A stretch of 43,943 bases of DNA from Candidatus Binatia bacterium (GCA_963666315.2 CAXXHG010000042.1:1-43943); one strand, 5' to 3'; positions 8,168-18,202 are shown, counted from the stretch's first letter. Numbers and translations are program-made. Notes: generated by a model from the sequence alone, not told the origin.

Positions 8168-9205
8168 TTACCCCACCCGCTTCATCTGCTCCAAGATATC
8201 GTAGCCGGTAATCGCTTTGCTCTTGGCCGCTTGCTCAGCTAGGTAGGCCGGCTCAGCCGTTTCCGCCTGAACGGCTTTTGCCAGGTCCATAAGGGCAATC
8301 TTAACCGTCGCCTCGTCAATCATTTCGCCGGTTTCCGGATCTGGCATCGAACCGCCACCCTTCTCGTGGTAGAGATCCAGCACGCGCGTGGCGTATTTCA
8401 CCTGATCATCATTCGGGGTGTAGCATTCGTTGGCAATCTCAGCCTGCTGGGGATGAATCACCCAGGTACCATCCATGCCGAGGTTCGCAGCTCCGATATT
8501 CTTCTCACGTAGACCAGTTTCTATTTCTTTGACCTTTTCTTCCGGGTCATTCTTTCGCCACAACGGCAGGTAAACGTTATCAATGGCGTGCAGACCGGCC
8601 GCCTTGGCTGCCACGACCACGGCCTGTTTCGAGTAGTGAAAATTAATGTTTTGGTCTTTGACAATATCACGAATACCGAGCGTAGCAGCGAAGTCGGCAA
8701 TGCCGAAAATGAGACCTGCCATGCGGTCTGAAGCCGTCGCAATCGCGTAGGCATTCACAATGGCCTGGGGGATTTCGATCAGGGATTCGATCTGAATGCG
8801 CGATTTCCAACCCGCTTCTTTTTCCAGATTGTCGAGCAGGCTGGACACATACTTAATATCGTCCGGACCCTGCGTCTTGGGCAGAATAATCCCGTGGAAT
8901 TTATCGGGCGCGCCTTTCACAATCGCTTCCATATCGCCAAGGAAAAACTCTGAGCGCATATTATTGGGGCGCACGGTAATGACTTTCTTACCGAAATCCA
9001 GCGTGTTGAGCGCCTCAACCACGCACTCCCGGCTTTGCGGACCCTTGAACTCATACGGGCAGGCGTCCTCAAAATCCATCATGACATGGTCAACGGGTGC
9101 TTTGACCTGGTTAGCCGCGTTTTGGTGCAGTTTCATGTTATGGCCGGGATAGGTCATTTCTGTGCGGGGAATCACGAAACGTTTTCCCTCATCAAGTACG
9201 AACAT
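8168..9205 (-). CDS. mcl: CitE-family CoA-ester lyase, probably (3S)-malyl-CoA/beta-methylmalyl-CoA lyase
   Basis: MDFEDA, VRPN, ILPK, LIE, FGIADF, WVIHPQQ, GEMIDEA motifs; context next to ecm and mcd. Confidence 0.78.
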   Translation of the reverse strand: MFVLDEGKRFVIPRTEMTYPGHNMKLHQNAANQVKAPVDHVMMDFEDACPYEFKGPQSRECVVEALNTLDFGKKVITVRPNNMRSEFFLGDMEAIVKGAPDKFHGIILPKTQGPDDIKYVSSLLDNLEKEAGWKSRIQIESLIEIPQAIVNAYAIATASDRMAGLIFGIADFAATLGIRDIVKDQNINFHYSKQAVVVAAKAAGLHAIDNVYLPLWRKNDPEEKVKEIETGLREKNIGAANLGMDGTWVIHPQQAEIANECYTPNDDQVKYATRVLDLYHEKGGGSMPDPETGEMIDEATVKIALMDLAKAVQAETAEPAYLAEQAAKSKAITGYDILEQMKRVG

Positions 9206-9351
9206 ACGAGCCCCCTAAGTGCGATAGCTGTCAGCTATGAGAAATCTGAATTTTCTCTGTATCAGATTCTCCTTTGCCACCCAACCGCCCTAGTCGGATA
9301 AAGAGGCGAGTGGTATCTTTTTTAGACTTTTTTCACCTTAAGGAGAGCTTT

Positions 9352-10998
9352 ATGCCCGATGTCCTACAACAAATCAGCCTTATCGTTGACACCCTGCAGA
9401 AAGTTCGGGATAAGGCGCTCCAGCATGGCCGTATACTGACTAATAAGGGCAAAGGCATTGATGATCATCAGGTCCATGCAGAACGTCTCGCCTACCTGGC
9501 AACCGAAGTCGAGGCAGCCCGGTGTTTGCTCAACTATGCCCAAGCGGCCAAACAAAATGGCGGAGACGATAACGGCAACATCAGTAATATGGCACTCGGG
9601 TTTACTGCTGAAGTCAGCCAAAAGCTGGTCGGACAGGCAAGTATACATCTCCATGATTTTGGGTTTGACGAGTCCTTTCTCAACGATACGCTAGGCCAGG
9701 CTGAAGTCAAAGCGGCAATCCGGGATGGTGCCCACGAAAGCCGCTTTCGCACCATCGGTCAGGCTGTTCTAGCCACAAAAGGTGTTAATAACTCGTGGCT
9801 AGAGGATGACATCGCAGAAATGACCCGCGACTCGGTTCGCCAGTTTGCCAAAAGCGAAGTTGCTCCGATTGCCGAACGCGTACACCGTAACGACGAGCTT
9901 ATCCCGGAATCCATAATTAAAAACATGTCGGAGTTGGGCTATTTCGGCATGTCGGTGCCTGAGGAGTATGGCGGCGGCGGCATGGGCAATCTGGCCATGA
10001 TTATTACTACCGAGGAGCTGTCTGCGGCCTCACTAGGAGTAGCCGGGAGTCTGATCACCCGGCCGGAAATCTTGACCAAAGCTCTCCTTCGCGGCGGCAC
10101 AGAGGATCAGAAGAAAAAATGGCTGCCGCCGATGGCTGCGGGTGAACTCATGGTCGCGATTTCCGTAACCGAGCCGGATACGGGCTCAGATGTAGCCGCG
10201 GTGAAATGTCGGGCTGAAACAGCCGCGGTGGATGGGCAAAACGGCTATATCCTTGATGGCGCAAAGGCGTGGTGCACGTTTGCCGGACGGGCTGATATCA
10301 TTACCCTGCTCGCTCGCACCAATCCGGACACGGGTTCCGGCGCACGCGGATTGTCGTTGTTCATAGTTGAGAAAGATTCTTTTCCAGGCCACTCGTTTGA
10401 GATACAGCAACCGTCCGGTGGCGTGCTCCAAGGCGACGCCATTCCAACCCTGGGTTATCGAGGCATGCACTCGTATGTGCTGAATCTTGAGAAATATTTC
10501 GTCCCAGCTGAAAACCTTGTGGGTGGAGAAGCCGGCCTGCACAAAGGCTTTTACTTACAAATGGCAGGCTTTGCCGCCGGGCGTCTGCAAACCGGCGGAC
10601 GGGCTACCGGACTGGCCCAAGCTGCGCTTGAGGTGAGTGCGACCTACGCGGCCGAACGTAAGCAGTTTAAGAAATCACTCGGCGATTTTCAGCTCACACA
10701 GTACAAGCTTGGCCGTATGGCGGCCCATATTGCCGGCGTACGGCAGCTGACCCATACCGCCGCGCCAGCCATGGATAAGGACGAAGCTGCCACTCTGACT
10801 GCGGCTATGGCAAAACTACTCGCCTGCGATGTGGCCGTATGGGTCACCCAGGAAGGCCAGCTCATCCACGGCGGTTGGGGATACGGCGAAGAATATGCTA
10901 TTTCGCGCTATGTCGTGGATGCGCTCGTTCTGCCCATTTTTGAAGGCGTGAAGCCGATTCTAGAACTCAAAGTGATTGCGCGGACGTTGTTGGCTTGA
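9352..10998 (+). CDS. mcd: acyl-CoA dehydrogenase, probably (2S)-methylsuccinyl-CoA dehydrogenase
   Basis: AAGGAG SD before ATG 9352; ~170-aa N-terminal extension; GSLITRPEI, TEPDTGSD, LGYRGM, QLIHGGWGY, LPIFEG. Confidence 0.8.
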   Translation: MPDVLQQISLIVDTLQKVRDKALQHGRILTNKGKGIDDHQVHAERLAYLATEVEAARCLLNYAQAAKQNGGDDNGNISNMALGFTAEVSQKLVGQASIHLHDFGFDESFLNDTLGQAEVKAAIRDGAHESRFRTIGQAVLATKGVNNSWLEDDIAEMTRDSVRQFAKSEVAPIAERVHRNDELIPESIIKNMSELGYFGMSVPEEYGGGGMGNLAMIITTEELSAASLGVAGSLITRPEILTKALLRGGTEDQKKKWLPPMAAGELMVAISVTEPDTGSDVAAVKCRAETAAVDGQNGYILDGAKAWCTFAGRADIITLLARTNPDTGSGARGLSLFIVEKDSFPGHSFEIQQPSGGVLQGDAIPTLGYRGMHSYVLNLEKYFVPAENLVGGEAGLHKGFYLQMAGFAAGRLQTGGRATGLAQAALEVSATYAAERKQFKKSLGDFQLTQYKLGRMAAHIAGVRQLTHTAAPAMDKDEAATLTAAMAKLLACDVAVWVTQEGQLIHGGWGYGEEYAISRYVVDALVLPIFEGVKPILELKVIARTLLA

Positions 10999-11024
10999 GG
11001 GAGGTGGATCCTTCAAGCCACTCC

Positions 11025-13025
11025 TTACTGTGCGAGTTTTTCTTGCATAGACTCAATTTTTTCGGGGTAGAAGTCACCCGCAGGCACCAGCTGGAGACCT
11101 CTTTGATAGGCGGCAAGCGCTAAGCCGTACTCGCCTTGGATCTCGTGCATTAGCCCTAGGTTGGCGTAGACGGCCGGATCTCGGCCGGCAGAGAGCCGCT
11201 TGGCCTTTTGCAACGCTTCGTTGGCTTGCACGAATTCGCCTGTCTCAATGTATAAAAAGCCCATATTATTCCAGACAGAAGCGTTCCGAGGCTGGAGTCG
11301 AAGCGCTTCTTCATAGGCCTGTTTCGCCGGGCCTAACATTTTTATTTTTTGGTATGAAGCGCCAACGTTGGCATGCAGACGTGGATCACCGGGACACAAC
11401 TGGATCCCGCGCCGATAATGAGTGATAGCCATGCGCGACAGTCCACTGCGATCCGCGACATAGCCCAATCCAAGCCGGGCCCGGCATGAGACTGGGTTAT
11501 CCTCGACCATCTTGGTATAGAATGCCAGATCATCGCGCCAGTCCCGATTCCGTATGACAGTGCGAACGCTATAAAATGCGAGCAGTACGGCCAGCACGCT
11601 TGCAGCGAGCGCACCGAACACAATTGGCCTGCGTTCCTCTCCTGTCCTGTTTGTCAGCCAAACGCCTCCGAGAATGACCACAAGATAAAAACCAAGCGCA
11701 TACCCCGAGAGAGCAAGCTCCCGCTTGAGTGTCGCCATCGTCTCGCCATACGACATCACAGCGATGTACACGCAAGCCAATACAAGCACGCTGAAGGTTC
11801 CGTACCCCAGCGTGGAAATCCAACGATTTTCGGTTCGGTTTTGTGTGACGTGGGCAAACCCGAGTCCAACAAGAAGACAAAACCCCACAGACGGCAGATA
11901 CAAATAGTGCTCAGCCATCATTTCCGGATGGGGAATGATATGTGACACCGGCAGGAGAGTAATAGCGATCCAGGCGAGCGCAAAGGCAACTAACCAGGAA
12001 GACCGCAACGCGGCGAGCACCAGCAGCCCAAGGGACAACAGAAAGCCGACAGCCAGCCAAGACAACGGGTCAAACGGTGACAGGGTTACTGGGAAAGCCC
12101 CCGTATAGTCCGCCAGCAGATGAATCGGAGCACACAACAAGAAGAGGTAATACACCCAAATACGAGCGACAGTCAGGAAGTTCGTAACAACACCGCCACC
12201 GTACCACGGAATAGCCCAGGTCGGCAGAAGCCTGAACACCCCATACCACGCGAAATACGCACCGATAAGGAGCAGCGGTGCATAGAGGAACTTATGTTTC
12301 CATACTGCGCGTCCTAGGCCTCGTACCACTTCTCCCATATAGCGTGGACCGAGAGACATGCCCTGCACCTGGCTGGCGCGAAACGCATCATAGCTCAGCA
12401 TCACCAGCGGCAGGGTAAGCGCCATTTCTTTACTTGCCACCGCGAGAACATAGCTCAGCGCAAGGGCAAGAAAACACGCTATCCGCTTCCCGACTGTCCG
12501 TTGCCCGTGCCAGCCAAGAAACGCCCAGAAACCACACAAAAAGAACAGCGTGGTCAAGATATCCCGCCGACCGGATATATAGGTCACCGCTTCGACTTGG
12601 ACAGGATGCAGCGCCCACAGCAACGCGCTAAAGACAGCCGGCTGCCAGCGCATATCCCCCTCGCCCTCAGACTGTACTCCGCCCACATGTGTCCGGATAT
12701 TGGTCAAGCTCAAGGCAATCAAAAAAACAAGACAAGCCGTGAGCCAATGATAGACGATATTGTTCAAATGGAAGATCCAGGCGTCGAGCTGACCAGCTTG
12801 CAGCCCACCGAGGCGATAATCCACAGCGTAGGACAGGGTCCGCACGGGTCGATATCCAAGCGTCTTCGGTTTCAACACCAGGCTCGGATTGGCAGCAATG
12901 CGAGGCAGAGCGGAATTGTTCACCACCAGAGAGAAATCGTCAAAAACAAAACCACTCTCCAACGCATTCGCGTATGCGCCGGCAATCACGATTGCCAATA
13001 GACAAAAGACTCCAAATCTTCGCAT
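11025..13025 (-). CDS. TMTC-like (GT-C fold, DUF1736-type) membrane glycosyltransferase with C-terminal TPRs
   Basis: FVFDD..V..N, YRPV, FH..N...H, HPVQVEAV.YISGR.D, SKE, AEHYLYLPSVG, RN.DW motifs; many TM helices; about four TPRs. Confidence 0.85.
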   Translation of the reverse strand: MRRFGVFCLLAIVIAGAYANALESGFVFDDFSLVVNNSALPRIAANPSLVLKPKTLGYRPVRTLSYAVDYRLGGLQAGQLDAWIFHLNNIVYHWLTACLVFLIALSLTNIRTHVGGVQSEGEGDMRWQPAVFSALLWALHPVQVEAVTYISGRRDILTTLFFLCGFWAFLGWHGQRTVGKRIACFLALALSYVLAVASKEMALTLPLVMLSYDAFRASQVQGMSLGPRYMGEVVRGLGRAVWKHKFLYAPLLLIGAYFAWYGVFRLLPTWAIPWYGGGVVTNFLTVARIWVYYLFLLCAPIHLLADYTGAFPVTLSPFDPLSWLAVGFLLSLGLLVLAALRSSWLVAFALAWIAITLLPVSHIIPHPEMMAEHYLYLPSVGFCLLVGLGFAHVTQNRTENRWISTLGYGTFSVLVLACVYIAVMSYGETMATLKRELALSGYALGFYLVVILGGVWLTNRTGEERRPIVFGALAASVLAVLLAFYSVRTVIRNRDWRDDLAFYTKMVEDNPVSCRARLGLGYVADRSGLSRMAITHYRRGIQLCPGDPRLHANVGASYQKIKMLGPAKQAYEEALRLQPRNASVWNNMGFLYIETGEFVQANEALQKAKRLSAGRDPAVYANLGLMHEIQGEYGLALAAYQRGLQLVPAGDFYPEKIESMQEKLAQ

Positions 13026-13058
13026 CCCTTTCCCCCTGTCCAGAACCGTCCCGCCTCA

Positions 13059-13201
13059 TACCGTTTTCATGTGATTTTGCCAAGGCTCTTCACCCTCACC
13101 CACAGCCGCTCCTGTTTCCCTCCTGTCTCAGGACAGGCTTGTCCGAGGGGCAAGGGGGGCTCCGGGTCTGGACCCTATACAAACGCAGCTGCAAATTGCT
13201 C
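13059..13201. repeat. composite palindromic repeat / possible degenerate MITE C abutting the gspD stop codon
   Basis: CCCTCACCC...GAGGGGCAAGGGG REP-like frame with internal CCTGTCTCAGGACAGG palindrome; weak inverted ends TACCGTTTTCATGTG / GAGCAATTTGCAGCTG. Confidence 0.4.
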
Positions 13202-15402
13202 TAGCGGTTTTCTTCTTGCGCTGACGCGGACGGCGGCGTACCCCGACTCGGCTGGCGTGCACTGTCGATCATCTTTTTAAGTTTGCGGATCCGGTCCGTA
13301 AACTCTTGCGTCACTAACTGTGCTTCGTCCCGATCACGAATCACGTATGGCGTAATCAGGATAATCAGTTCAGTGCGCTCACGTCTGTCTTGTTCGACCC
13401 GAAACAGACGACCAAGCACCGGAATGTCCATCAGAAAGGGGACTCCGCTACGGGTGCGCTCGACCCGCTCGTCAATAATGCCCCCAATGAGGATGGACTC
13501 GCGGTCGCGCACCACTACCGTCGTTTCCGCTTGACGATTTGTAAAACTCGGCGAGTTAGTATCACCGAACGACGTCACTCCAACGCTACTGACTTCCTGG
13601 CTGATTTCCATATTGACCAGGCCAGCCGAATTGACCTGGGGCAGGATGGTTAGTATGATCCCGGTGTCCCGGTACTGAATGCTTGAGACAATATTGGCAG
13701 TTGCTAGGGTACTCTGCTGGGTTGATGTCAAGATGGGGATTTCTTCACCAATTATAATAGTGGCCTCGCGATTATCCACGGCGAGGACATGCGGAGTGGC
13801 CAGGATATTCACATGAGACTTCGTACTCGCGGCAGTCAGTAGGGCAAAAAATTTGTCTCGGTCGGTAATAAACGAAAACAAGCCACTGCTCCCGACACTC
13901 GCCGCACGTTTCGCCCCGGTCAGGATACCTGAATCGAAGATATTCCCACTGCTCGTGCCGCCCTCTTCAGTAGTGCCGCCCGCGCTGCTTAGTCCGCCAT
14001 TGGCGAGGGCCCATTCAATACCAAATTGGAGGTCGTCATTAAGCGTCACCTCGGCAATGATGGCTTCGATCAAGACCTGTCTGGGAACCACATCGAGCTT
14101 GACCAAAACCTCTCGGATTTTCTCGTAATCGCGTGGCGTGGCCAAAATAATCAACGAGTTCGAACTTTCATCAGCCACAATCCGGACTTCTTCTTTAAAA
14201 ATCGATGGCTCGCCTTCTTTGGGCTCAATCAAAATACTCTGGGTTCCGCCTCCGCGTGAGCTTCGGCTACTGCGCCCGCCGCTTCGACCCCGCCCACCCC
14301 CAAGCCCGCCTGATCCCAAACCACCACCGCTCGAAGAGCGCGCGCTACCGCGTTCCCCGTTTCCGCCTCGGGTGCTGCCTCCTCTTGCCCCCCGCTCTTC
14401 ATTCCCTCGACTGCTTCGACTGCTTCGACTGCTTCGACCGCCCCCACCACCGTATAAATCGCCCAGCACGTCGGCCAGATCCGCTGCCTTTGAATTCTCC
14501 ACCGTATAGACGTGCACAGTGCGTCCAGCGCCTTTTTCAGGCGGCACATCAAGGAGTGTAATCCATGTTTCTACTTGGCTAAAAATTTCGTTATTGAACC
14601 CAATCACCACAAGCGAGTTCAGCCGAAGAAGCGGAATGATGTACACGCCACGTTCTTCTGCGCTCTGCGGTGTGACACCGTACGGCTGCAAGACACTCGC
14701 CAACTCCTTGCCAATATCCTCAACACCGGCATGTTCAATCCGGTAGACCTGGGCATGGAGTTCCCGAAACGTATCCGTATCAAAAGCGGCAATCAGCTCT
14801 TTCAGACGCTCGACGTTTGAAGCCAAATCCGTCAGGATAACCAGGTTTCCGCGCGGATAGGCCACCACATCGCCGCCTGGCGAGACAAAGGGCTGAATAA
14901 TCTCAGCCATTTGTCCAGCCGCCAGATATTCGACCTTGACCAGCTCAATGACGAATTCATCCTGAGCCGCCGCTACTCGTCGCTCGTCCCTTTGTGTTAA
15001 CAGCGGAACACGGGTTTTTGCCTCTCCGACCGGGGCAATATGGTAGACTTCACCCACCTTCACCGCGGCTATGCCATTCGTCCGCAGGATCTGATGAAAG
15101 AGAGGAAACAGGTCCTGGCCACTCAGTTTACTCGCCGTACGAATGGTCACCGTGCCTTGCACACGTGGATCAATCGAATAGTGGATACACAGCCCAGCGG
15201 CCAGCCCCTGGATCACTTCCCGGATATCCGCGCCTTCAAAATTAAACTCAATGAGTTCGGCATCACCAACAGGAACACAGCCCTCCGTATCGCCGCTCTC
15301 CGTTGGCGGAGAACTTGGGGCGTCTTGGGCCAAGCCCTTGTCTAACGCGACCAGTAAGAGCGTGCATAAAAGAACGATGCTCCAACACCAGACCCGTACC
15401 AT
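13201..15402 (-). CDS. gspD: type II secretion system secretin GspD
   Basis: N0 (FNFEGADIREVI), KH-like N domains, secretin domain (QVLIEAIIAEV, ILIGGII, GVPFLMDIPVLGRLF, RTELIILITP); alternative start at GTG 15423. Confidence 0.95.
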   Translation of the reverse strand: MVRVWCWSIVLLCTLLLVALDKGLAQDAPSSPPTESGDTEGCVPVGDAELIEFNFEGADIREVIQGLAAGLCIHYSIDPRVQGTVTIRTASKLSGQDLFPLFHQILRTNGIAAVKVGEVYHIAPVGEAKTRVPLLTQRDERRVAAAQDEFVIELVKVEYLAAGQMAEIIQPFVSPGGDVVAYPRGNLVILTDLASNVERLKELIAAFDTDTFRELHAQVYRIEHAGVEDIGKELASVLQPYGVTPQSAEERGVYIIPLLRLNSLVVIGFNNEIFSQVETWITLLDVPPEKGAGRTVHVYTVENSKAADLADVLGDLYGGGGGRSSRSSRSSRGNEERGARGGSTRGGNGERGSARSSSGGGLGSGGLGGGRGRSGGRSSRSSRGGGTQSILIEPKEGEPSIFKEEVRIVADESSNSLIILATPRDYEKIREVLVKLDVVPRQVLIEAIIAEVTLNDDLQFGIEWALANGGLSSAGGTTEEGGTSSGNIFDSGILTGAKRAASVGSSGLFSFITDRDKFFALLTAASTKSHVNILATPHVLAVDNREATIIIGEEIPILTSTQQSTLATANIVSSIQYRDTGIILTILPQVNSAGLVNMEISQEVSSVGVTSFGDTNSPSFTNRQAETTVVVRDRESILIGGIIDERVERTRSGVPFLMDIPVLGRLFRVEQDRRERTELIILITPYVIRDRDEAQLVTQEFTDRIRKLKKMIDSARQPSRGTPPSASAQEENR
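14407..14438. repeat. 9-bp in-frame tandem repeat (TCGACTGCT x3.5) encoding RSS repeats in GspD
   Basis: read directly from the sequence. Confidence 0.9.
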
Positions 15403-15447
15403 CCCCACCTCGCTTGTCCTCACTTCTTACCCACTCTCTCTATGTCT

Positions 15448-16143
15448 TTAGCGTCCGTCTGGCCCAATACGATTCTCACGAGCAGTTTGACGGCGGATCT
15501 TGCGCAGGCGCCGCTGCATTCGTTGGATTTGCTGCCGAATCAGGACCGTATCATCAGGCCCTGATTTTTTTGGTTTACGACTTGCCTGCTTCCGGTTTGT
15601 ATGTCCCGCTCGTGACTTCTCAGGGAGGACTCTAGGTGCTTTCTTTGCACCCTGGCTGTCAAGCAGTCGTAAGGACAGCTTCACCTCGCCAGCGTCCGGT
15701 CCAAGCGACAGTGTTACTTCGGTTGACGTGACCTTAGCCAGGAGATACTGGCCAATCTGCTTGCCTTTTTGCACCCGAGTCACTTTGTTCGCCTGTGAGG
15801 AGTCGGCGAGAAAGGCTTCCTCTCGTCCTGGCGCAAGAAACACCCCGACAAGTGTAAGATGAGATGGGGGAGGAATAGGTTCGGCCGGAGGGCTCTCGGC
15901 TATCACCTCTGGTCGTTGTCGCTCCGTAGAAAAGAGGTCTTTGTCGGTAATCTGTTTCGCCAAGCCTGCGCCGACCTGGGCGGGTCGAGCCGGAAGGGAC
16001 ATCAGCGCTCCGTCTTCTTCGCTACCACGACCCGGAGCGGAATGGGCAATAGGCGGAGTACGGTTCCAGGTCGTCACAATCTGCCACACCAGGCATAAGG
16101 CCGCCACTCCCAGGATAAGGTGTAAAAAGCGTCGAATCCGCAT
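15448..16143 (-). CDS. T2SS GspC/XpsN-like clamp protein
   Basis: single N-terminal TM, LFS.ER, Pro-rich linker, L.LVGV...G...A HR-type domain; located between gspM and gspD. Confidence 0.7.
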   Translation of the reverse strand: MRIRRFLHLILGVAALCLVWQIVTTWNRTPPIAHSAPGRGSEEDGALMSLPARPAQVGAGLAKQITDKDLFSTERQRPEVIAESPPAEPIPPPSHLTLVGVFLAPGREEAFLADSSQANKVTRVQKGKQIGQYLLAKVTSTEVTLSLGPDAGEVKLSLRLLDSQGAKKAPRVLPEKSRAGHTNRKQASRKPKKSGPDDTVLIRQQIQRMQRRLRKIRRQTARENRIGPDGR

Positions 16144-16152
16144 GCCTACGCC

Positions 16153-16785
16153 TCACTTCTCATTCGACCCTGGAATCCCTTGCAAGATTCCTTCAACTTC
16201 AAGGGTGATTGTGAGTGGTGGACGTTTCCCCTGAGATCGGACCCGTCGCGCGCTCACACCGTGACGGCCCAGACTACGAACCTCTAACCGCGACACAGTA
16301 AGGAGCCATTCACCATACTCAACGCCTGAAAGAAAATTCGCAAGAGCAGGCGTATCACCGCGAAAGGTCATCTGCACCGTCGTTTTCCGAAACGATCCAA
16401 GCGTGTCCTCTCGCATCACCTGTGTGGTGACGATTTGGAGCCCGCTTTGGTCCGCGAGTGTCTGGATATGCGCCTGGAGATTACCTGCTGCGAGCGTCGG
16501 TGTTTCGCCGGGAACGAGCTGTTGTTGGGCTACGCTGAAACGTTGCTCCAGTGTCTGAACGCGTTCTTGGACCTGATCAGTGCGGGCCTGGTAACGCTGC
16601 ATTTTTGCAACACGTCGCAGATCGCGCTCCATCGTCGCTTCAAGTCTTGCCGTGTAGGACAGATACGGCGCAATAATGCCATACCGAATACCGACCAATA
16701 CGAGCGCGCCCACGGCAGCAGTCGCTAATCTGCGCTCACGGGATGAGAGCCGCTGCCATACGGCCCACACTGCCCCTAACCGCAT
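16153..16785 (-). CDS. gspM: T2SS protein GspM
   Basis: W.RLSSRERRL plus TM, coiled coil and ferredoxin-like C-domain; operon position. Confidence 0.8.
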   Translation of the reverse strand: MRLGAVWAVWQRLSSRERRLATAAVGALVLVGIRYGIIAPYLSYTARLEATMERDLRRVAKMQRYQARTDQVQERVQTLEQRFSVAQQQLVPGETPTLAAGNLQAHIQTLADQSGLQIVTTQVMREDTLGSFRKTTVQMTFRGDTPALANFLSGVEYGEWLLTVSRLEVRSLGRHGVSARRVRSQGKRPPLTITLEVEGILQGIPGSNEK

Positions 16786-18191
16786 GGGTTCACCTGTGCC
16801 CCCAGGGTAAAGGTTTCGCCCTTTCCCGTTTTTGTAAACGGTGCTTTAGGGGCCACGTTCTGCAGACATTCAGACGCCTCAAGGATCGCCACTAAATCAG
16901 AGGCCGAGCCCGTTTTCGCGACGCCACTCAACTCCACCTCTCCATTCTTCTTGAAACGAAACGTCGTCAGATAGACCTCTTTAGGGATCAGAATGGACAA
17001 GTCGTTCAGCAAGGGGGTCAAGCGGATGAGCGTGGCCGTCCGGAGCGTTTGGAGCTGCTCGTGGTAGCGCTGGGCTTCTTCTTCTTGGTCCTGGACGCGG
17101 CGGACCTGAGGATCAAGCTGATCAATCTGTGCGGTTAACGCCTGCAAGGTCCGACGGTCTTGGATAACGATTTCTGTTGCCCACACGATCCCAAGCATAA
17201 GAATACAGCCAACCAAAACAAGGGTCAGCGCAGAGAGACGTTTTTCTCGATGCGCACGCCTGTCCGCAGGCAGAACATTAATCTGCCCTCCCTCGCCAAC
17301 GGCTTGTAACGCCGCTCCCAACGCGGAACAGGTGACCGTAGAGCAGGGTTCTTCTTCTCCCAGCACAAACTGTTCCTGGGCCAAGCCTTTCAGATCACGT
17401 TCCGCGTCTACCCTGAGCGGGAGAGAACCCGTGTCATCCCAGCTAAAGATCGGCGTGGTATCAGGAGCACTGCCCGGAAAGTTCCGCGCAATGCTTTGCG
17501 TGAGGATATCAGTAAACGCAGCCGGCTCCGGCACACGACTGACCGGCACGGTCTGGCTTGCCACCAGTTGGTGTTTGTCGAGGAAATTCAGTTCGAAGGA
17601 GCCATTATCTCGAGCAACGAGAACCTGCTGCGCTTCGGAGACAGGCGAACACGCGAGTAGCGTTGTCGCCTGGGCGGCACTGCTCAAGGTCACGATCTGC
17701 GGCTGCACCTTGGCTGCGGTTAATGCATCAACGACAGGATCCACGTCTTCGCGGGGAAAACAAAAAATCACAACGCCCAGCCGTTGTTCTTCTCCCCCAA
17801 CTTCAGTGGTCACATAATCGTAATAGATCTCATCCTCGCGAAAGGGTAAGAGCCGCTCTACCTCGTATCGGATCACCTGTTCCAATGAACTCCGTGCGGT
17901 CTCAGGCACGAGCAGCCGGCTCACACTGGCATTTTTGCGAGGCAGGCACAGAACAATTTGGTCCGGTATCGTTTCGATGGCGGCGAGAAAATCCGCCAAA
18001 GCCTGACGCAAGGCCAGGAGGTGGTCTGCGCGATCTTCCGGCAATGGTACAGTCCGGACTTTGCGGAGAGCAATCCGAAAGAAGCGCTTGGTACTATGAA
18101 CGAAACTCACCTCGCACGCCCCAACAGCAATGCCGAGGCCGTCAAGATAGTCAATCTGAAAGAGACGCTGCGCAGTCGCGGTCAAATCCAC
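16776..18191 (-). CDS. gspL: T2SS protein GspL (actin-like cytoplasmic domain, TM, PilN-like domain)
   Basis: LEQVIRYEVERLLPF..DEIYYDY, INVLP...R, TM, coiled coil, VELSGVA. Confidence 0.8.
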   Translation of the reverse strand: MDLTATAQRLFQIDYLDGLGIAVGACEVSFVHSTKRFFRIALRKVRTVPLPEDRADHLLALRQALADFLAAIETIPDQIVLCLPRKNASVSRLLVPETARSSLEQVIRYEVERLLPFREDEIYYDYVTTEVGGEEQRLGVVIFCFPREDVDPVVDALTAAKVQPQIVTLSSAAQATTLLACSPVSEAQQVLVARDNGSFELNFLDKHQLVASQTVPVSRVPEPAAFTDILTQSIARNFPGSAPDTTPIFSWDDTGSLPLRVDAERDLKGLAQEQFVLGEEEPCSTVTCSALGAALQAVGEGGQINVLPADRRAHREKRLSALTLVLVGCILMLGIVWATEIVIQDRRTLQALTAQIDQLDPQVRRVQDQEEEAQRYHEQLQTLRTATLIRLTPLLNDLSILIPKEVYLTTFRFKKNGEVELSGVAKTGSASDLVAILEASECLQNVAPKAPFTKTGKGETFTLGAQVNPCG

Positions 18192-18202
18192 TCAAGCACC
18201 CC

